From sequence record MK327932.1: a stretch of DNA of 64,000 nucleotides, one strand, 5' to 3'. Each line of letters opens with the position of its first letter. Within the stretch, counting starts at the first letter, position 1. A program made the position numbers and the translations under genes. This stretch comes from Escherichia phage vB_EcoM_G2248. The notes under the pieces are model-generated. The model was given only the letters and a program-made list of their open reading frames with translations, had not been told where the DNA came from and made no database searches. Positions 27,091-36,948 of this stretch are shown here, piece by piece.

Positions 27091-27583
27091 TACCCTTCAA
27101 ATCAGTCAATAATGCTTTTGGAATACGCGTGATCGTAATATCGGCATTATTCAGAATATCAGCCCAATCACGCCCACCATTTCGATCATATGTGTCGCAA
27201 TAGTATAGATGTTTAATTCCACTGTTTGCAATTGCTTTAGCGCAATCTGGACACGGTGAAGCAGTACACCACATACTAGCGCCTTCAATCGATACACCGC
27301 TACGGGCAGCAAACAAAATAGCATTTAATTCAGCGTGGATCTCGTTTTTCTGTGACCATGCACTATGCTCTGGTCGTTTTTCTGGGATCATTTTGCCGTC
27401 ATCATCCAGCCAACCGCTTTTATGTGCATGACAGCTACAATTTACTTGCCCTGCTGGAGTTCCGTTAAATCCAGTAGAAATGATTCGCCCGTCTTTTTCG
27501 ATCAGTGCGCCTACCTTCCACGAAACACATTTAGAGTTCTTTGCGATCAGATAGGCGATCTGCATGTAAGTTTGTGACAACAT
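27077..27583 (-). CDS. cd: dCMP deaminase
   Basis: Zinc-binding deaminase motifs HAELNA and PCxxCA. Confidence 0.85.
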   Translation of the reverse strand: MLSQTYMQIAYLIAKNSKCVSWKVGALIEKDGRIISTGFNGTPAGQVNCSCHAHKSGWLDDDGKMIPEKRPEHSAWSQKNEIHAELNAILFAARSGVSIEGASMWCTASPCPDCAKAIANSGIKHLYYCDTYDRNGGRDWADILNNADITITRIPKALLTDLKGIDND

Positions 27584-27604
27584 AATATAATCCTCACATA
27601 TTAA

Positions 27605-27808
27605 TTAACCGTATACGCGAAAGTATTCTACTGATCCGTCGCTATACTGTTTTACATTGAATGTATTCACACCATGATTATTTCTCATGATGACATATAC
27701 ACTGCGACGCTCATCACCAAACGGCATAACTGGCGCTGGTTCAATATCAACACTAAAACCACGTTTAGCAAGTGCTTCGCCTAATTGCTTGATTTTATCG
27801 GTAAACAT
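27605..27808 (-). CDS. hypothetical protein
   Basis: 67 aa, coupled to pseT stop. Confidence 0.45.
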   Translation of the reverse strand: MFTDKIKQLGEALAKRGFSVDIEPAPVMPFGDERRSVYVIMRNNHGVNTFNVKQYSDGSVEYFRVYG

Positions 27809-28707
27809 TAAAAGTCTCCGTAGTTAACCTGAAAACATTCTACACCAATTGAGCGGTACATGTCAACCACTTGATCACGATCATCTACTGCCAACACAAC
27901 ATGATAACGCGGTGCAATTTCAGAGAAGAAAATCTCTTTCTTCACTTCATGATCGGGACGACGATCATTAGTTTCACGTTGAAAGTGATCACTCGGTTCA
28001 ATACCCTGTTCACGCAACCATTGCAGAGTATCTTCTTCGCAAACATCCTCACGCCCTGAGCATGTAATGATACGATAACCATTATCACGATACAGTTTAA
28101 GCATTTCGATCACTTGCGGACGCGGTTTATCTTCTTTGACCTTTGTCCAGTCAAACGGATGACGACCGCCCTTATCCGCTAATGTTCCATCAATATCAAA
28201 GATCACTGCCTTCGGCAGCATGGTATTCGGTTTGTATACTTCTTGACCCATATATTCCTGCATCAGATAAAATTGGTTACGCAAATGAGAAAGTGGAATT
28301 GCTTTCTCGCCTCGATAGAAATTACGTTTCTTTAGTGTCTCAAATGATTCATTGAACACTTGTTCAGTATACACCGCGTTAAATTCTTTTGCAAGTTCTT
28401 TGTAGAATACACGATGTTTTTCTTTCAGGTTAGTATCAGAGATAATGATACTTAATCCGCGTGATAGAGTCTCACGAGCAATCATTCTCTGAATAGACTC
28501 TACCAGTTTTTCTTTTTCCTTAGTATACTTGTATTTCAAATGTGAGTCAACACCAAACAACATAAGACGAAGATCATCGCGATTCACATTACGATAATTA
28601 CTAAACCGTTTACACGTTTCCATAGCCCATGTAGTTTTACCGGACCCAGAACAACCAACGGTTAAAATCACTTCACATTTCGGCATTATTTCTCCTTCGG
28701 TTTGCAC
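27808..28707 (-). CDS. pseT: polynucleotide 5'-kinase/3'-phosphatase
   Basis: Walker A GCSGSGKTT, NRDDLR, HAD phosphatase motif IFDIDGTLA, C-terminal ECFQV as in T4 Pnk; exact start ambiguous (28707 or 28686). Confidence 0.85.
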   Translation of the reverse strand: MQTEGEIMPKCEVILTVGCSGSGKTTWAMETCKRFSNYRNVNRDDLRLMLFGVDSHLKYKYTKEKEKLVESIQRMIARETLSRGLSIIISDTNLKEKHRVFYKELAKEFNAVYTEQVFNESFETLKKRNFYRGEKAIPLSHLRNQFYLMQEYMGQEVYKPNTMLPKAVIFDIDGTLADKGGRHPFDWTKVKEDKPRPQVIEMLKLYRDNGYRIITCSGREDVCEEDTLQWLREQGIEPSDHFQRETNDRRPDHEVKKEIFFSEIAPRYHVVLAVDDRDQVVDMYRSIGVECFQVNYGDF

Positions 28708-29018
28708 CGTTCCTCATTAAGTTCTTTTCGATAATAACACATGATCAACTTACTTTCAAGTGTATATCTCTTAATATCAGCAAGCCAGACTCTAAATTTT
28801 TGGGAGTCCTCCCACGACATAGAAACTCTAGGTTTACCGTCTATTGTATCCACTTTCAGGTCAATGTCAACTTTTTCTATTGGTGCTGGTAGTTGAGGAT
28901 GTAATTTCGGTTCCTGTGAATAATGGTCCAGTGTACACGAAGAAAGAGCAAATACAATAGGCACAGCGAAGACATGGATTATGGCGGTCTGAAAATTCTT
29001 ATGTGCTTTCTTAAACAT
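28686..29018 (-). CDS. o-spanin-like outer-membrane lipoprotein (pseT.2 position)
   Basis: Internal start MFKKAHK... gives signal peptide with lipobox ALSSC and a Pro-rich periplasmic region; lies directly after the i-spanin candidate. Confidence 0.5.
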   Translation of the reverse strand: MFKKAHKNFQTAIIHVFAVPIVFALSSCTLDHYSQEPKLHPQLPAPIEKVDIDLKVDTIDGKPRVSMSWEDSQKFRVWLADIKRYTLESKLIMCYYRKELNEERCKPKEK

Positions 29019-29134
29019 CCGGTGTATCACGAAAATTGAAAACACCATCAGGATAATAATGCTTGCCCCTATCCCCAGATAATCAACCAGATTAAAATTG
29101 CTTATCTGCTCTTGCGTAGGCAATATTTCTATGC

Positions 29135-29458
29135 TCATTTAGTAGCCTCCTTTAATTCTTCGGTAAACTCCTTAAATGAATCATTAAGCTGTTTCTCTAC
29201 CAACTTGGGTTTTTGTGCTACTACATAGCCTCGTGTAGCGTCTTTCATTGCTTTGTTTTGTTCTTCTGCAAACTTAGTTCTTATTCCGTACATATCCTTT
29301 TGTAGTGAGTCTACGACCTTCATCTTTTCATCTGTCTTTTTCTTATACTCTGTAAATTCCTGATTCAGTCGGTCTACCTCCTTTTTATTTTCCCACCACA
29401 TATTACCACCTACCCCTAGCAACACAGAGATGATAACAATGTATATCAGCTTTGACAT
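29135..29458 (-). CDS. i-spanin-like protein (pseT.3 position)
   Basis: Start moved to MSKLIYIVIISVLLGVGG (N-terminal TM) followed by coiled-coil; RBS GGGGG. Confidence 0.55.
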   Translation of the reverse strand: MSKLIYIVIISVLLGVGGNMWWENKKEVDRLNQEFTEYKKKTDEKMKVVDSLQKDMYGIRTKFAEEQNKAMKDATRGYVVAQKPKLVEKQLNDSFKEFTEELKEATK

Positions 29459-29502
29459 ATTACCCCCAACGACAAAAGGCGGGGAACTAGCCCCGCTTAT
29501 TA

Positions 29503-30672
29503 TTACCAATCAATCTTATCAGCCGGAATAAGTTTCTTATAATTCCGTAGATAGTAAGTTTTCATTGAATCCAGAATACGGTCATAATCAAGACCATCAA
29601 ATGCAATCATCAGACACATGAAAATATATGCTTGTGCATCACCATGTTTACGTGATTCGATAGTCGCATTTGATGCATATGTCTTTCTGTCTTCTCCCGC
29701 GTGTGCGTTATAAAATTCTGTTGCTGTCGTGAAGGCATTGCGAAGAATAGACCTGAATGCTTCCTCGAATAGCTCGATTCGTTCCAGTGCTTCCGGTTCG
29801 CCTTCATATGCAGCACGCAAATCATCGGTTTCGCTTTCTACGACATAGTAGATCAGGTTATTAGGAAACATCGATGTGTTTTTAATGTTATGCACACCAA
29901 TATACCATTCACTCTTCACTTTGAACATTTGACCGTCTTTAGTGCGTGCAACAATTCCTTCGATACCTTCTGCGGTCCGAACTTCGTCAAGAATATTGCC
30001 AAAACGCGCTGAATCAACCTGTAACGCATTTACCAGATGAGGACGTAGGATTGCGTCAGCAAATAGCATTTGATGCGGTACGTACTCTCCTGTGACGTTA
30101 TGGCGTACATTCAGAAGTGTTAGCGACGGTTCAGAATATTCTACAACAATTCGGTTGCTGGGTGCTGTATATTCAAAGTTGAAAGTATAATCAGACCCAA
30201 TATCAGCAATCTTAGCGCGTAGATCCGCATACTTCTCTGAATACAGAAGACCGTTTGCTCTCTCTGCCTGGCTTGAGTACAAGGCCGCTTTAGACTTCAA
30301 CTGAACATAGCCGTTATCAATGTATGTGCTTACTAGACTACCGTCCATTTTGTCCATGACCATTTCCACATCTTCCGGCTTAAAGCGAGCGCGATCATTC
30401 TCACCCAAATTAAAAAACTTCTCCATAGGACGAGATGCGATGCGGACCGGACGACCTTTATCGTCAATTTCAAACATGATCCCGCGACACTCTAACGCAT
30501 CTGGTTTATTCCACATTTCCGGTTTGCTCAAGTACAGATAACTAAAAATGCGCATACGGGTTTGCATCGCCGTAATTTCATCTTTGTAATAGAACGTATC
30601 AGATCCGTCACATAGTGCCATCAGATTTTTGAACAATGCTAAAACTTTTTTGTTGTTTTCTTTTGTTGACAT
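29503..30672 (-). CDS. rnlA: RNA ligase 1 / tail-fibre attachment protein
   Basis: LECRGIMFE, RIASRPMEKFFNL and nucleotidyltransferase Lys motif region as in T4 Rnl1. Confidence 0.85.
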   Translation of the reverse strand: MSTKENNKKVLALFKNLMALCDGSDTFYYKDEITAMQTRMRIFSYLYLSKPEMWNKPDALECRGIMFEIDDKGRPVRIASRPMEKFFNLGENDRARFKPEDVEMVMDKMDGSLVSTYIDNGYVQLKSKAALYSSQAERANGLLYSEKYADLRAKIADIGSDYTFNFEYTAPSNRIVVEYSEPSLTLLNVRHNVTGEYVPHQMLFADAILRPHLVNALQVDSARFGNILDEVRTAEGIEGIVARTKDGQMFKVKSEWYIGVHNIKNTSMFPNNLIYYVVESETDDLRAAYEGEPEALERIELFEEAFRSILRNAFTTATEFYNAHAGEDRKTYASNATIESRKHGDAQAYIFMCLMIAFDGLDYDRILDSMKTYYLRNYKKLIPADKIDW

Positions 30673-31069
30673 AATTTGTGTTCCATTCTGGTTTAAATTT
30701 GGTGATCAAAACAGGTTCTTCGATATCGGCAGTGCTTATAATATCCTTACCCGTTGGATTCTCGATGTACAACTCAAAGCACTGTCGGTAATAGAATGTT
30801 ACTGTCTTACCTTCCTCTAGCGCCTTATGAATATTCTTACTCTTGCGAGTATCCGCTGTTGGTGTTTGTCTGTTAATGCTAGTCCTGTAATAATTGATCC
30901 TCTTTCTGAGATTGACAGTCTGACCAATGTATACCAGTTCATCATCAACAACAATAGCGTAAAGAACATTTAAACGGTTCTTCTGAGGCGGCAGAATCAC
31001 ATCACCATCTTTACACTCTAAACATGAATATTTAACGAATCCATAGTTTTCTATTAGCTCATTAATCAT
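30608..31069 (-). CDS. denA: GIY-YIG nuclease, probably endonuclease II (denA-like)
   Basis: LYAI...x9...YIGQT...R..R..Y GIY-YIG core; position between rnlA and nrdB as T4 denA. Confidence 0.6.
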   Translation of the reverse strand: MINELIENYGFVKYSCLECKDGDVILPPQKNRLNVLYAIVVDDELVYIGQTVNLRKRINYYRTSINRQTPTADTRKSKNIHKALEEGKTVTFYYRQCFELYIENPTGKDIISTADIEEPVLITKFKPEWNTNYVNKRKQQKSFSIVQKSDGTM

Positions 31070-31119
31070 TATCCTTTCCTCACGTCACAACAAAGGCGGG
31101 ATTTCTCCCGCCCACCTTA

Positions 31120-31518
31120 TTAACTTTCCAGAATATCGCGAGCTTCGTTACGCTCCTTGATGATTTTCAGGACAAATTCCAGTTTTTCTTTGTTCAGTGT
31201 TCCGTTTTCCATTGCTTCTTTGACGGTAAACACTCCGCCACCTTGCCCGTATACAGTGACAGTGATTTCACCTAACATCGTGGTGTGAAAACCGCCAATT
31301 TTCGGTGATTCGAAAGAAACAATTACCTCGCGGACAGTATTACCGTCGTTGATTTCTGAGAGGGTAATGTCGTTTTTGTAGGCGGTTGCTTTAACCATAC
31401 GGATCAGCATAGTCTGATCTGGGGAGATGGTCATTTTGTCCATTGCATGTTGCAATGCAGCGTAACCGAAAACTTTAACGAAGTCCAGAACGTCTTTGCG
31501 AGTTTGAAATTTAATCAT
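31120..31518 (-). CDS. hypothetical protein
   Basis: 132 aa behind a promoter cassette. Confidence 0.5.
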   Translation of the reverse strand: MIKFQTRKDVLDFVKVFGYAALQHAMDKMTISPDQTMLIRMVKATAYKNDITLSEINDGNTVREVIVSFESPKIGGFHTTMLGEITVTVYGQGGGVFTVKEAMENGTLNKEKLEFVLKIIKERNEARDILES

Positions 31519-31588
31519 CTTGATACTCCTTAGTTGTTTTGGTATGGGAGTATCTTACTACTCCCGTGATATGCTGTCAACTGCTTTT

Positions 31589-31738
31589 TTATGCAACCGC
31601 AAACATCAACATTTGAACATTCTTGGCTGTCTGGCTTTCAAAGTTCTGACATTCTTTGATAATGTCCTCTACTTTCTCGCCGGAGATCTCCGCGTAAGTT
31701 TCGATTGCCATTTTCAGTACCGCGTCAAAGTTGTTCAT
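31589..31738 (-). CDS. hypothetical small helical protein
   Basis: Start moved to MNNFDAVLK after conserved leader; 49 aa. Confidence 0.45.
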   Translation of the reverse strand: MNNFDAVLKMAIETYAEISGEKVEDIIKECQNFESQTAKNVQMLMFAVA

Positions 31739-31806
31739 TTGATTCTCCTTAAAGTGTATTTCGTTTCGATGGGGGTATATTACTACCCCCCGTTTCATGC
31801 TGTCAA

Positions 31807-32025
31807 CTACTTTTTAATGACAAGTTCGAATTTTGCTACCTTGCGTCCTCGTTTATTGAAAGCAACCCACGGACGATTTTCAATGTAGAACAATTCTTCG
31901 CCAATAATGAATACTGGCTGATTGTAAAGGCGACCCATCAGGTCACGCTGGCGAATGGTAGTAGATTCGTATACTTCGCCTACTACAAAGTGCTTGCTGA
32001 TAGAGTCGGTGCAAGTAAATTTCAT
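31807..32025 (-). CDS. hypothetical protein
   Basis: 72 aa, own promoter cassette. Confidence 0.5.
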   Translation of the reverse strand: MKFTCTDSISKHFVVGEVYESTTIRQRDLMGRLYNQPVFIIGEELFYIENRPWVAFNKRGRKVAKFELVIKK

Positions 32026-32094
32026 TTTGATTCTCCTTTGTTTCGTTTCGATGGGGGTATATTACTACCCCCGTTATTCAGTGTCAACTACTTT

Positions 32095-32313
32095 TTACTT
32101 GTTGTATTCATTCCACCATTGGGTTAGCTTATCAATTATTTTTGTGTTTCTATCCAACTTATCCCACCGTTTTCGAGGGTTTATCAACCGTAATAGGTAA
32201 GGTGTACTTGTTAAGTGAACTCGGTCAATGTAGTGATTGATGTACTGTTTTTCGATTCTAAGTTTCATCTTTTTACGATGAAAATATGCAATGACTTGTT
32301 CTTCTGTTTCCAT
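32095..32313 (-). CDS. hypothetical basic protein
   Basis: Start moved to METEEQVIAY (RBS GGAGG); 72 aa. Confidence 0.45.
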   Translation of the reverse strand: METEEQVIAYFHRKKMKLRIEKQYINHYIDRVHLTSTPYLLRLINPRKRWDKLDRNTKIIDKLTQWWNEYNK

Positions 32314-32411
32314 ATGTTCCTCCGTTTCGATGTGCATTATGCTATACCCCGATCCGATTGTCAACACCCAATAACAAAAAAGTCGCCACGATGGGCGACT
32401 TTGAACAAACA

Positions 32412-32888
32412 TTAATCATGACCGTGATTTGCAATATCCGCTCGCGTCTTATCTTTGTGATTTCCTACGTCAAAGACACGATAACCATTTTCACGCAAAA
32501 CTTTAATCACTTCTGGGTTATCCTCAAAGACTCCGACAACTTCATCTTTATCAAAGGATTTAATTACCTCTAATTTGATGTGATAGTCTTTACGGGAATC
32601 GGTACGGCCTCTCATAAAGATTTTATCAAAACACACCCCGTTAGAAATTAACCAATCAATTGTTTCCATGTAAGCATGTGAACTTCGTCCGGTGAGGATG
32701 TAAATCAAATGCCCGTTGTCGGAAAGAGCATTAATAACACGAATTACATCGTAAATGGGGGAATCTCCCCCACATGCTTTGTTATATTCGATCCATGACT
32801 CGACTTTATCAAGATTTTCGGTTGGCATCTTTGCTAGTCGATGCGTTGGATCTGTGATCGTAAAATCTAAATCGACAAAATATATCAT
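32412..32888 (-). CDS. HAD-superfamily phosphatase-like protein
   Basis: N-terminal DLDFT (DxDxT) motif at residues 6-10; coupled to nrdB. Confidence 0.55.
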   Translation of the reverse strand: MIYFVDLDFTITDPTHRLAKMPTENLDKVESWIEYNKACGGDSPIYDVIRVINALSDNGHLIYILTGRSSHAYMETIDWLISNGVCFDKIFMRGRTDSRKDYHIKLEVIKSFDKDEVVGVFEDNPEVIKVLRENGYRVFDVGNHKDKTRADIANHGHD

Positions 32889-34045
32889 AGATATTTCCCG
32901 AATCGGTTGTAGTCGTCGTCTGTTAAATCGGTATTAACCTGAGATACCAGATACATGATCTCTACTTCTTGCGCCGCGTTTTGAACTTCGTCAGAGTTTA
33001 ACCACTTACGCATCCACGGTAAAGGATGACGACGAACACTAAACGGGCTTTTCAGTCCGGCAGCACGCATACGGGAATCTGCCAGGTATTCTACATAGGT
33101 TTTCAGAATTTCCGGTGACAGGTTAGGAATTGCCCCCATTGCGAATAAGTGATCTACCCATTCTTTTTCTTGCTCGACAACATCCAGAAAGATTTTCGTT
33201 GCTTCGCCTTCAAGTTCTTCCGCAATCTGTTTCCACTCATCACCATCAGCCCCCGTTTGCCATTGACGAATAATGTATTGTGTGCCTTTTAAGTGAAGTT
33301 GTTCATCACGCGCAATAAATTTCATGATCTTCGCGTTACCTTCCAGTAAACCACGTTCGGCAAAGCTGAAAGTACATGCAAAGGACACATAAAAACGGAT
33401 TGCTTCCAGTGCATTTACGCAGTGTGCACACAGATAAATCGAAGCCATCAGATCTCGTTTTGTATCTTCAAAAAATCTTCTTGCATCATCTAATTCTGTC
33501 TGATCGTCTCGTTCTTCCCAATAGCGGAGATCTTCTTTTGCATTCTCATACTTACGAATCCAATAGAGAACATCATCATAATATTGCCCGATAGATTCCG
33601 CTCGCTTCATGATAGCAGGGTTATCGATGATCTGGTCGAACTCACTAGCCGGATCAATGAAACAGTTACGCATAATGTGTGTATAGCTTCGGCTATGAAT
33701 CGTTTCGCTGAATGTCCATGTTTGCAACCATGTATCAAGAGTCGGATCAGATACAATTGGACCAAATGCTGCGGACGGTGCGCGACCTTGAATAGAATCA
33801 AGTAATGTCTGATACTTCAAGTTTTCGGTAAAGAAACGCTTTTCAACGTCACCCATATTAAGATATTGAATACGGTCGGTTGCAAGTGAAATCTCTTCTG
33901 GACGCCAGAAAAATGACAATTGCTTTTCGATCAGTTCTTCAAATACTTGATGACGCTGAATATCATAGCGAGCGATACCCAACCCACTACCCAGAAACAT
34001 TGGTTCGTTCATAATATCAACATGTTCGCGGTTAAATACGCTCAT
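32885..34045 (-). CDS. nrdB: ribonucleotide reductase class Ia beta subunit
   Basis: 386 aa; diiron-carboxylate R2 features; uninterrupted ORF. Confidence 0.9.
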   Translation of the reverse strand: MSVFNREHVDIMNEPMFLGSGLGIARYDIQRHQVFEELIEKQLSFFWRPEEISLATDRIQYLNMGDVEKRFFTENLKYQTLLDSIQGRAPSAAFGPIVSDPTLDTWLQTWTFSETIHSRSYTHIMRNCFIDPASEFDQIIDNPAIMKRAESIGQYYDDVLYWIRKYENAKEDLRYWEERDDQTELDDARRFFEDTKRDLMASIYLCAHCVNALEAIRFYVSFACTFSFAERGLLEGNAKIMKFIARDEQLHLKGTQYIIRQWQTGADGDEWKQIAEELEGEATKIFLDVVEQEKEWVDHLFAMGAIPNLSPEILKTYVEYLADSRMRAAGLKSPFSVRRHPLPWMRKWLNSDEVQNAAQEVEIMYLVSQVNTDLTDDDYNRFGKYL

Positions 34046-34060
34046 TAATTCACCTCACTG

Positions 34061-34228
34061 TCACTTTTTAACACAAAAGAACTTAGTATTTCTGTTAACT
34101 TCGCTATCCTGCTGCAATTCCTGCACAGCTTCAAAACAATTTTGATGTGATGAAAACTCTACGCTGGTAACAGTTCCTTTATTATATAATCCTACGCTAA
34201 CGGAAAGCAATAACCATATTGTAGCCAT
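34061..34228 (-). CDS. small protein with hydrophobic N-terminus (55 aa, not in track), paralogue of 34228..34401
   Basis: MATIWLLLSVSVGLYNKGTVTSVEFSS...; TAATG overlap with next gene. Confidence 0.45.
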   Translation of the reverse strand: MATIWLLLSVSVGLYNKGTVTSVEFSSHQNCFEAVQELQQDSEVNRNTKFFCVKK

Positions 34229-34401
34229 TAGTTCACCTTCTGCTTTTCAACACAGTACAGATTCATAAAGCGTTTATTGTCTTCGCGGATAATCTCGCGA
34301 GCTTTAACGCAATCCTGCTTTGTTGCAAATTCAATGCTTGACATATTTCCGTAATTATACATTGAATTGCTGATTGCAATCAATAACCATACAGTAGCCA
34401 T
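34228..34401 (-). CDS. small protein with hydrophobic N-terminus (57 aa, not in track)
   Basis: MATVWLLIAISNSMYNYGNMSSIEFAT...; TAATG overlaps on both sides. Confidence 0.45.
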   Translation of the reverse strand: MATVWLLIAISNSMYNYGNMSSIEFATKQDCVKAREIIREDNKRFMNLYCVEKQKVN

Positions 34402-34568
34402 TATCCGACAACCTCAAAACATTTATCATCAGGAAGAATCGCCCATTCTACGCCATATTCATCCTCAACGTAGTAGCAAGCCCCATCATGTCGAGCATCA
34501 TATACATCACCGACAACAAAGCTATCAGCTAGCTCAAAATCTACAGCAACACATTTTAATTTGGTCAT
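34401..34568 (-). CDS. hypothetical small protein
   Basis: Start moved to MTKLKCVAVDF (RBS GAGGA); 55 aa. Confidence 0.45.
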   Translation of the reverse strand: MTKLKCVAVDFELADSFVVGDVYDARHDGACYYVEDEYGVEWAILPDDKCFEVVG

Positions 34569-34636
34569 AATAAAATCCTCACTTGTTTTTGATGGTTGTA
34601 TTATAGCGGGGATTTCTCCCCGCGTCAACACTTATT

Positions 34637-36880
34637 TTACAGCTTGCAAGATGAGCACTCGCTAGCGTCTTCTGTACCATCTGCACCGTCGCGAACGTTC
34701 GCATAATACAGGGTTTTCAGACCGTAATGTTGAGCGAACAACATATCATCTAACACATCAGCAATATCGACTTTACCAGTCTTATAAGTGCTTGGATCAT
34801 AGGATGTATTGGAACTAATCGCCTGATCTACAAACTTCTGCATGATCGCTGCCAGTGTCAGATAGGGCTTGTTACCTTTCTTGATCAGTGTCCAAAGCAG
34901 GTCAATAACATCAGCATTATTCTCTACGTTCGGAATAACCTGATTAAATTGCCCTTCTTTCGATCCTTTAACCGATACAATCCCGCGAGGCGGTTCAATA
35001 CCGTTTGTGCTGTTAGACACCTGAGAAGATGACTCACAGGGCATCAGCGCCGAAAGCGTACTGTTACGAATGCCATATTTTTTCAGGTCTTCGCGCAGTT
35101 CTTCCCAATCCATCTCATACACCGGATCAACCAGTTCATCTACTGTCTTTTTGTACCAGTCGATAGGAAGTTCACCGCGACCATAGCGTGTTTCGTGCAT
35201 CAGTTCGCAAGCACCCTTCTCTTTAGCCAGTCGCACACTAGCCTTAATCAGAGCATATTGCAAGCGTTCAAACGTTTTATGCGTAAACTCGTTAGCGTCT
35301 TCATATGTGAAGAAATTATCTGCTAGATATGATGCAAAGTTAGTAACACCAACACCCAGAGAGCGACGTTTTTTGGCTGTCAGAGCTTGTTCTACAGGAT
35401 AATCCTGATAATCTAACAGGTTGTCAAGTGCACGCACCATAACCATAGCAATGCGTTCTACTTCTTCCATATTTTCGATATCGAAATTACCTAAAACATA
35501 TGCTGCCAAAGTACATAGGCTAATTTCTGAATCATCACGACCCATCGGTTTTGTTGGCAGAGCAATTTCACAACACAGGTTAGATTGTTTAATCGGTGCT
35601 ACATTACGAATAAACGCCCCGTGATTGTTCATGTTGTCTGTGAACGCTGGATAGATTCGACCAGTGTTAAAACGTTCAATTGCCACCGCTAAAAACAGGT
35701 CTTCGGCTTTAACACGAGTTTTACGAACACTCGGATCTTTTTCCAGTTTTTCGTAAAGCTGGCGGAAACCTTCCTCATCTCGGAAGTACAGATCCCACAA
35801 CAAGCCACCCGCAACATCTGGACTAAACAGAGTAATGTAATCCCGTTTAAGGAATCGCTCTACCATCAGGTTATTAATCTGTACGCCGTAATCAAGATGA
35901 CGAATGCGGTTATCTTCCACCCCCTTATTGTTCTTTAACACAATCAGACTTTCAAACTCTAAATGCCACATTGGGTAATAGAGTGTCGCTGCCCCGCCAC
36001 GAATACCGCCTTGTGAGCATGACTTAACGGCAGTCTGAAAATGTTTCCAGAATGGGATAACGCCAGTATGACGAACTTCACCATGCCCGATCTTAGATCC
36101 TTCCGCGCGAATCATACCAGCATTGATACCGATACCAGCACGCTTGCTAATATACTTGATGATTGCATTTGCTGTTTCGTTGATGCCCGGCAATGAGTCA
36201 TCACTTTCAATCACCACACACGAACTAAATTGGCGTGTTGGGGTACGCACACCTGCCATAATCGGAGTAGGCAGAGAGATTTGCTTATTCGCAACAGCAT
36301 TATAAAAATCAATCACATGTTCAAGTCGATTTTCTGTCTCTTCTTGATGCAAGCACATACCGATCAGCATATACGCAAATTGCGGTGTTTCGATTATTTT
36401 CTTAGTGCTGCGATCCTGAACAAGATATTTCTCTTTTAACTGCATCGCACCAGCATAGGTCATTTTAAAATCAAGTTTATGGTCGATGAATTTCTCCAGA
36501 TATTCCACTTCTTCACGGGAATACTTTTGCAGAATTTCGCGATCATATTTTCCGGTTGCAATATTACTCTCAATATGGCTGTAAAAATCAATCGGTTGGA
36601 ATTGACCGTATACTGATTTGCGAAGCGCGAACATTGCAAGGTTACTTGCTACATATTGATAATCGGGTGTTTCTACAGTGATGTTATCTGCGGCGACCTT
36701 AATCAATACTTTCTGGATATCATTGGTAGACATACCTTCTGTCAGAAGTGGTTCAACCATATCAAACAATTCATATGGATCAACGTTATGACCTTCGGCT
36801 GCCGCTTCCAGAATTTTCATTACTTTTTCTTTTTCAAACGGAACAGTCAGACCGGAAGACTTAACAACATTTTTAATCAT
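34637..36880 (-). CDS. nrdA: ribonucleotide reductase class Ia alpha subunit
   Basis: 747 aa; ATP-cone N-terminus, catalytic Cys-containing core, C-terminal CSSCKL-type tail. Confidence 0.9.
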   Translation of the reverse strand: MIKNVVKSSGLTVPFEKEKVMKILEAAAEGHNVDPYELFDMVEPLLTEGMSTNDIQKVLIKVAADNITVETPDYQYVASNLAMFALRKSVYGQFQPIDFYSHIESNIATGKYDREILQKYSREEVEYLEKFIDHKLDFKMTYAGAMQLKEKYLVQDRSTKKIIETPQFAYMLIGMCLHQEETENRLEHVIDFYNAVANKQISLPTPIMAGVRTPTRQFSSCVVIESDDSLPGINETANAIIKYISKRAGIGINAGMIRAEGSKIGHGEVRHTGVIPFWKHFQTAVKSCSQGGIRGGAATLYYPMWHLEFESLIVLKNNKGVEDNRIRHLDYGVQINNLMVERFLKRDYITLFSPDVAGGLLWDLYFRDEEGFRQLYEKLEKDPSVRKTRVKAEDLFLAVAIERFNTGRIYPAFTDNMNNHGAFIRNVAPIKQSNLCCEIALPTKPMGRDDSEISLCTLAAYVLGNFDIENMEEVERIAMVMVRALDNLLDYQDYPVEQALTAKKRRSLGVGVTNFASYLADNFFTYEDANEFTHKTFERLQYALIKASVRLAKEKGACELMHETRYGRGELPIDWYKKTVDELVDPVYEMDWEELREDLKKYGIRNSTLSALMPCESSSQVSNSTNGIEPPRGIVSVKGSKEGQFNQVIPNVENNADVIDLLWTLIKKGNKPYLTLAAIMQKFVDQAISSNTSYDPSTYKTGKVDIADVLDDMLFAQHYGLKTLYYANVRDGADGTEDASECSSCKL

Positions 36881-36948
36881 ATTACCTCACTTCATATTTT
36901 AGCAGGAACAAGTTTATCCTCCATATTGGGGGCTTTCGCCCCCTTTGT

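Noticed and set aside
28686-29138. Full-length 150-aa ORF as a single membrane protein
   Set aside because: The internal Met gives a classic lipoprotein signal (ALSSC lipobox) consistent with an o-spanin partner of the adjacent i-spanin; the 40-codon N-terminal extension is less likely to be translated, although this is not proven.
32885-34045. Intron in nrdB (as in T4 nrdB)
   Set aside because: The nrdB ORF is uninterrupted at 386 aa, close to the expected intron-free length.
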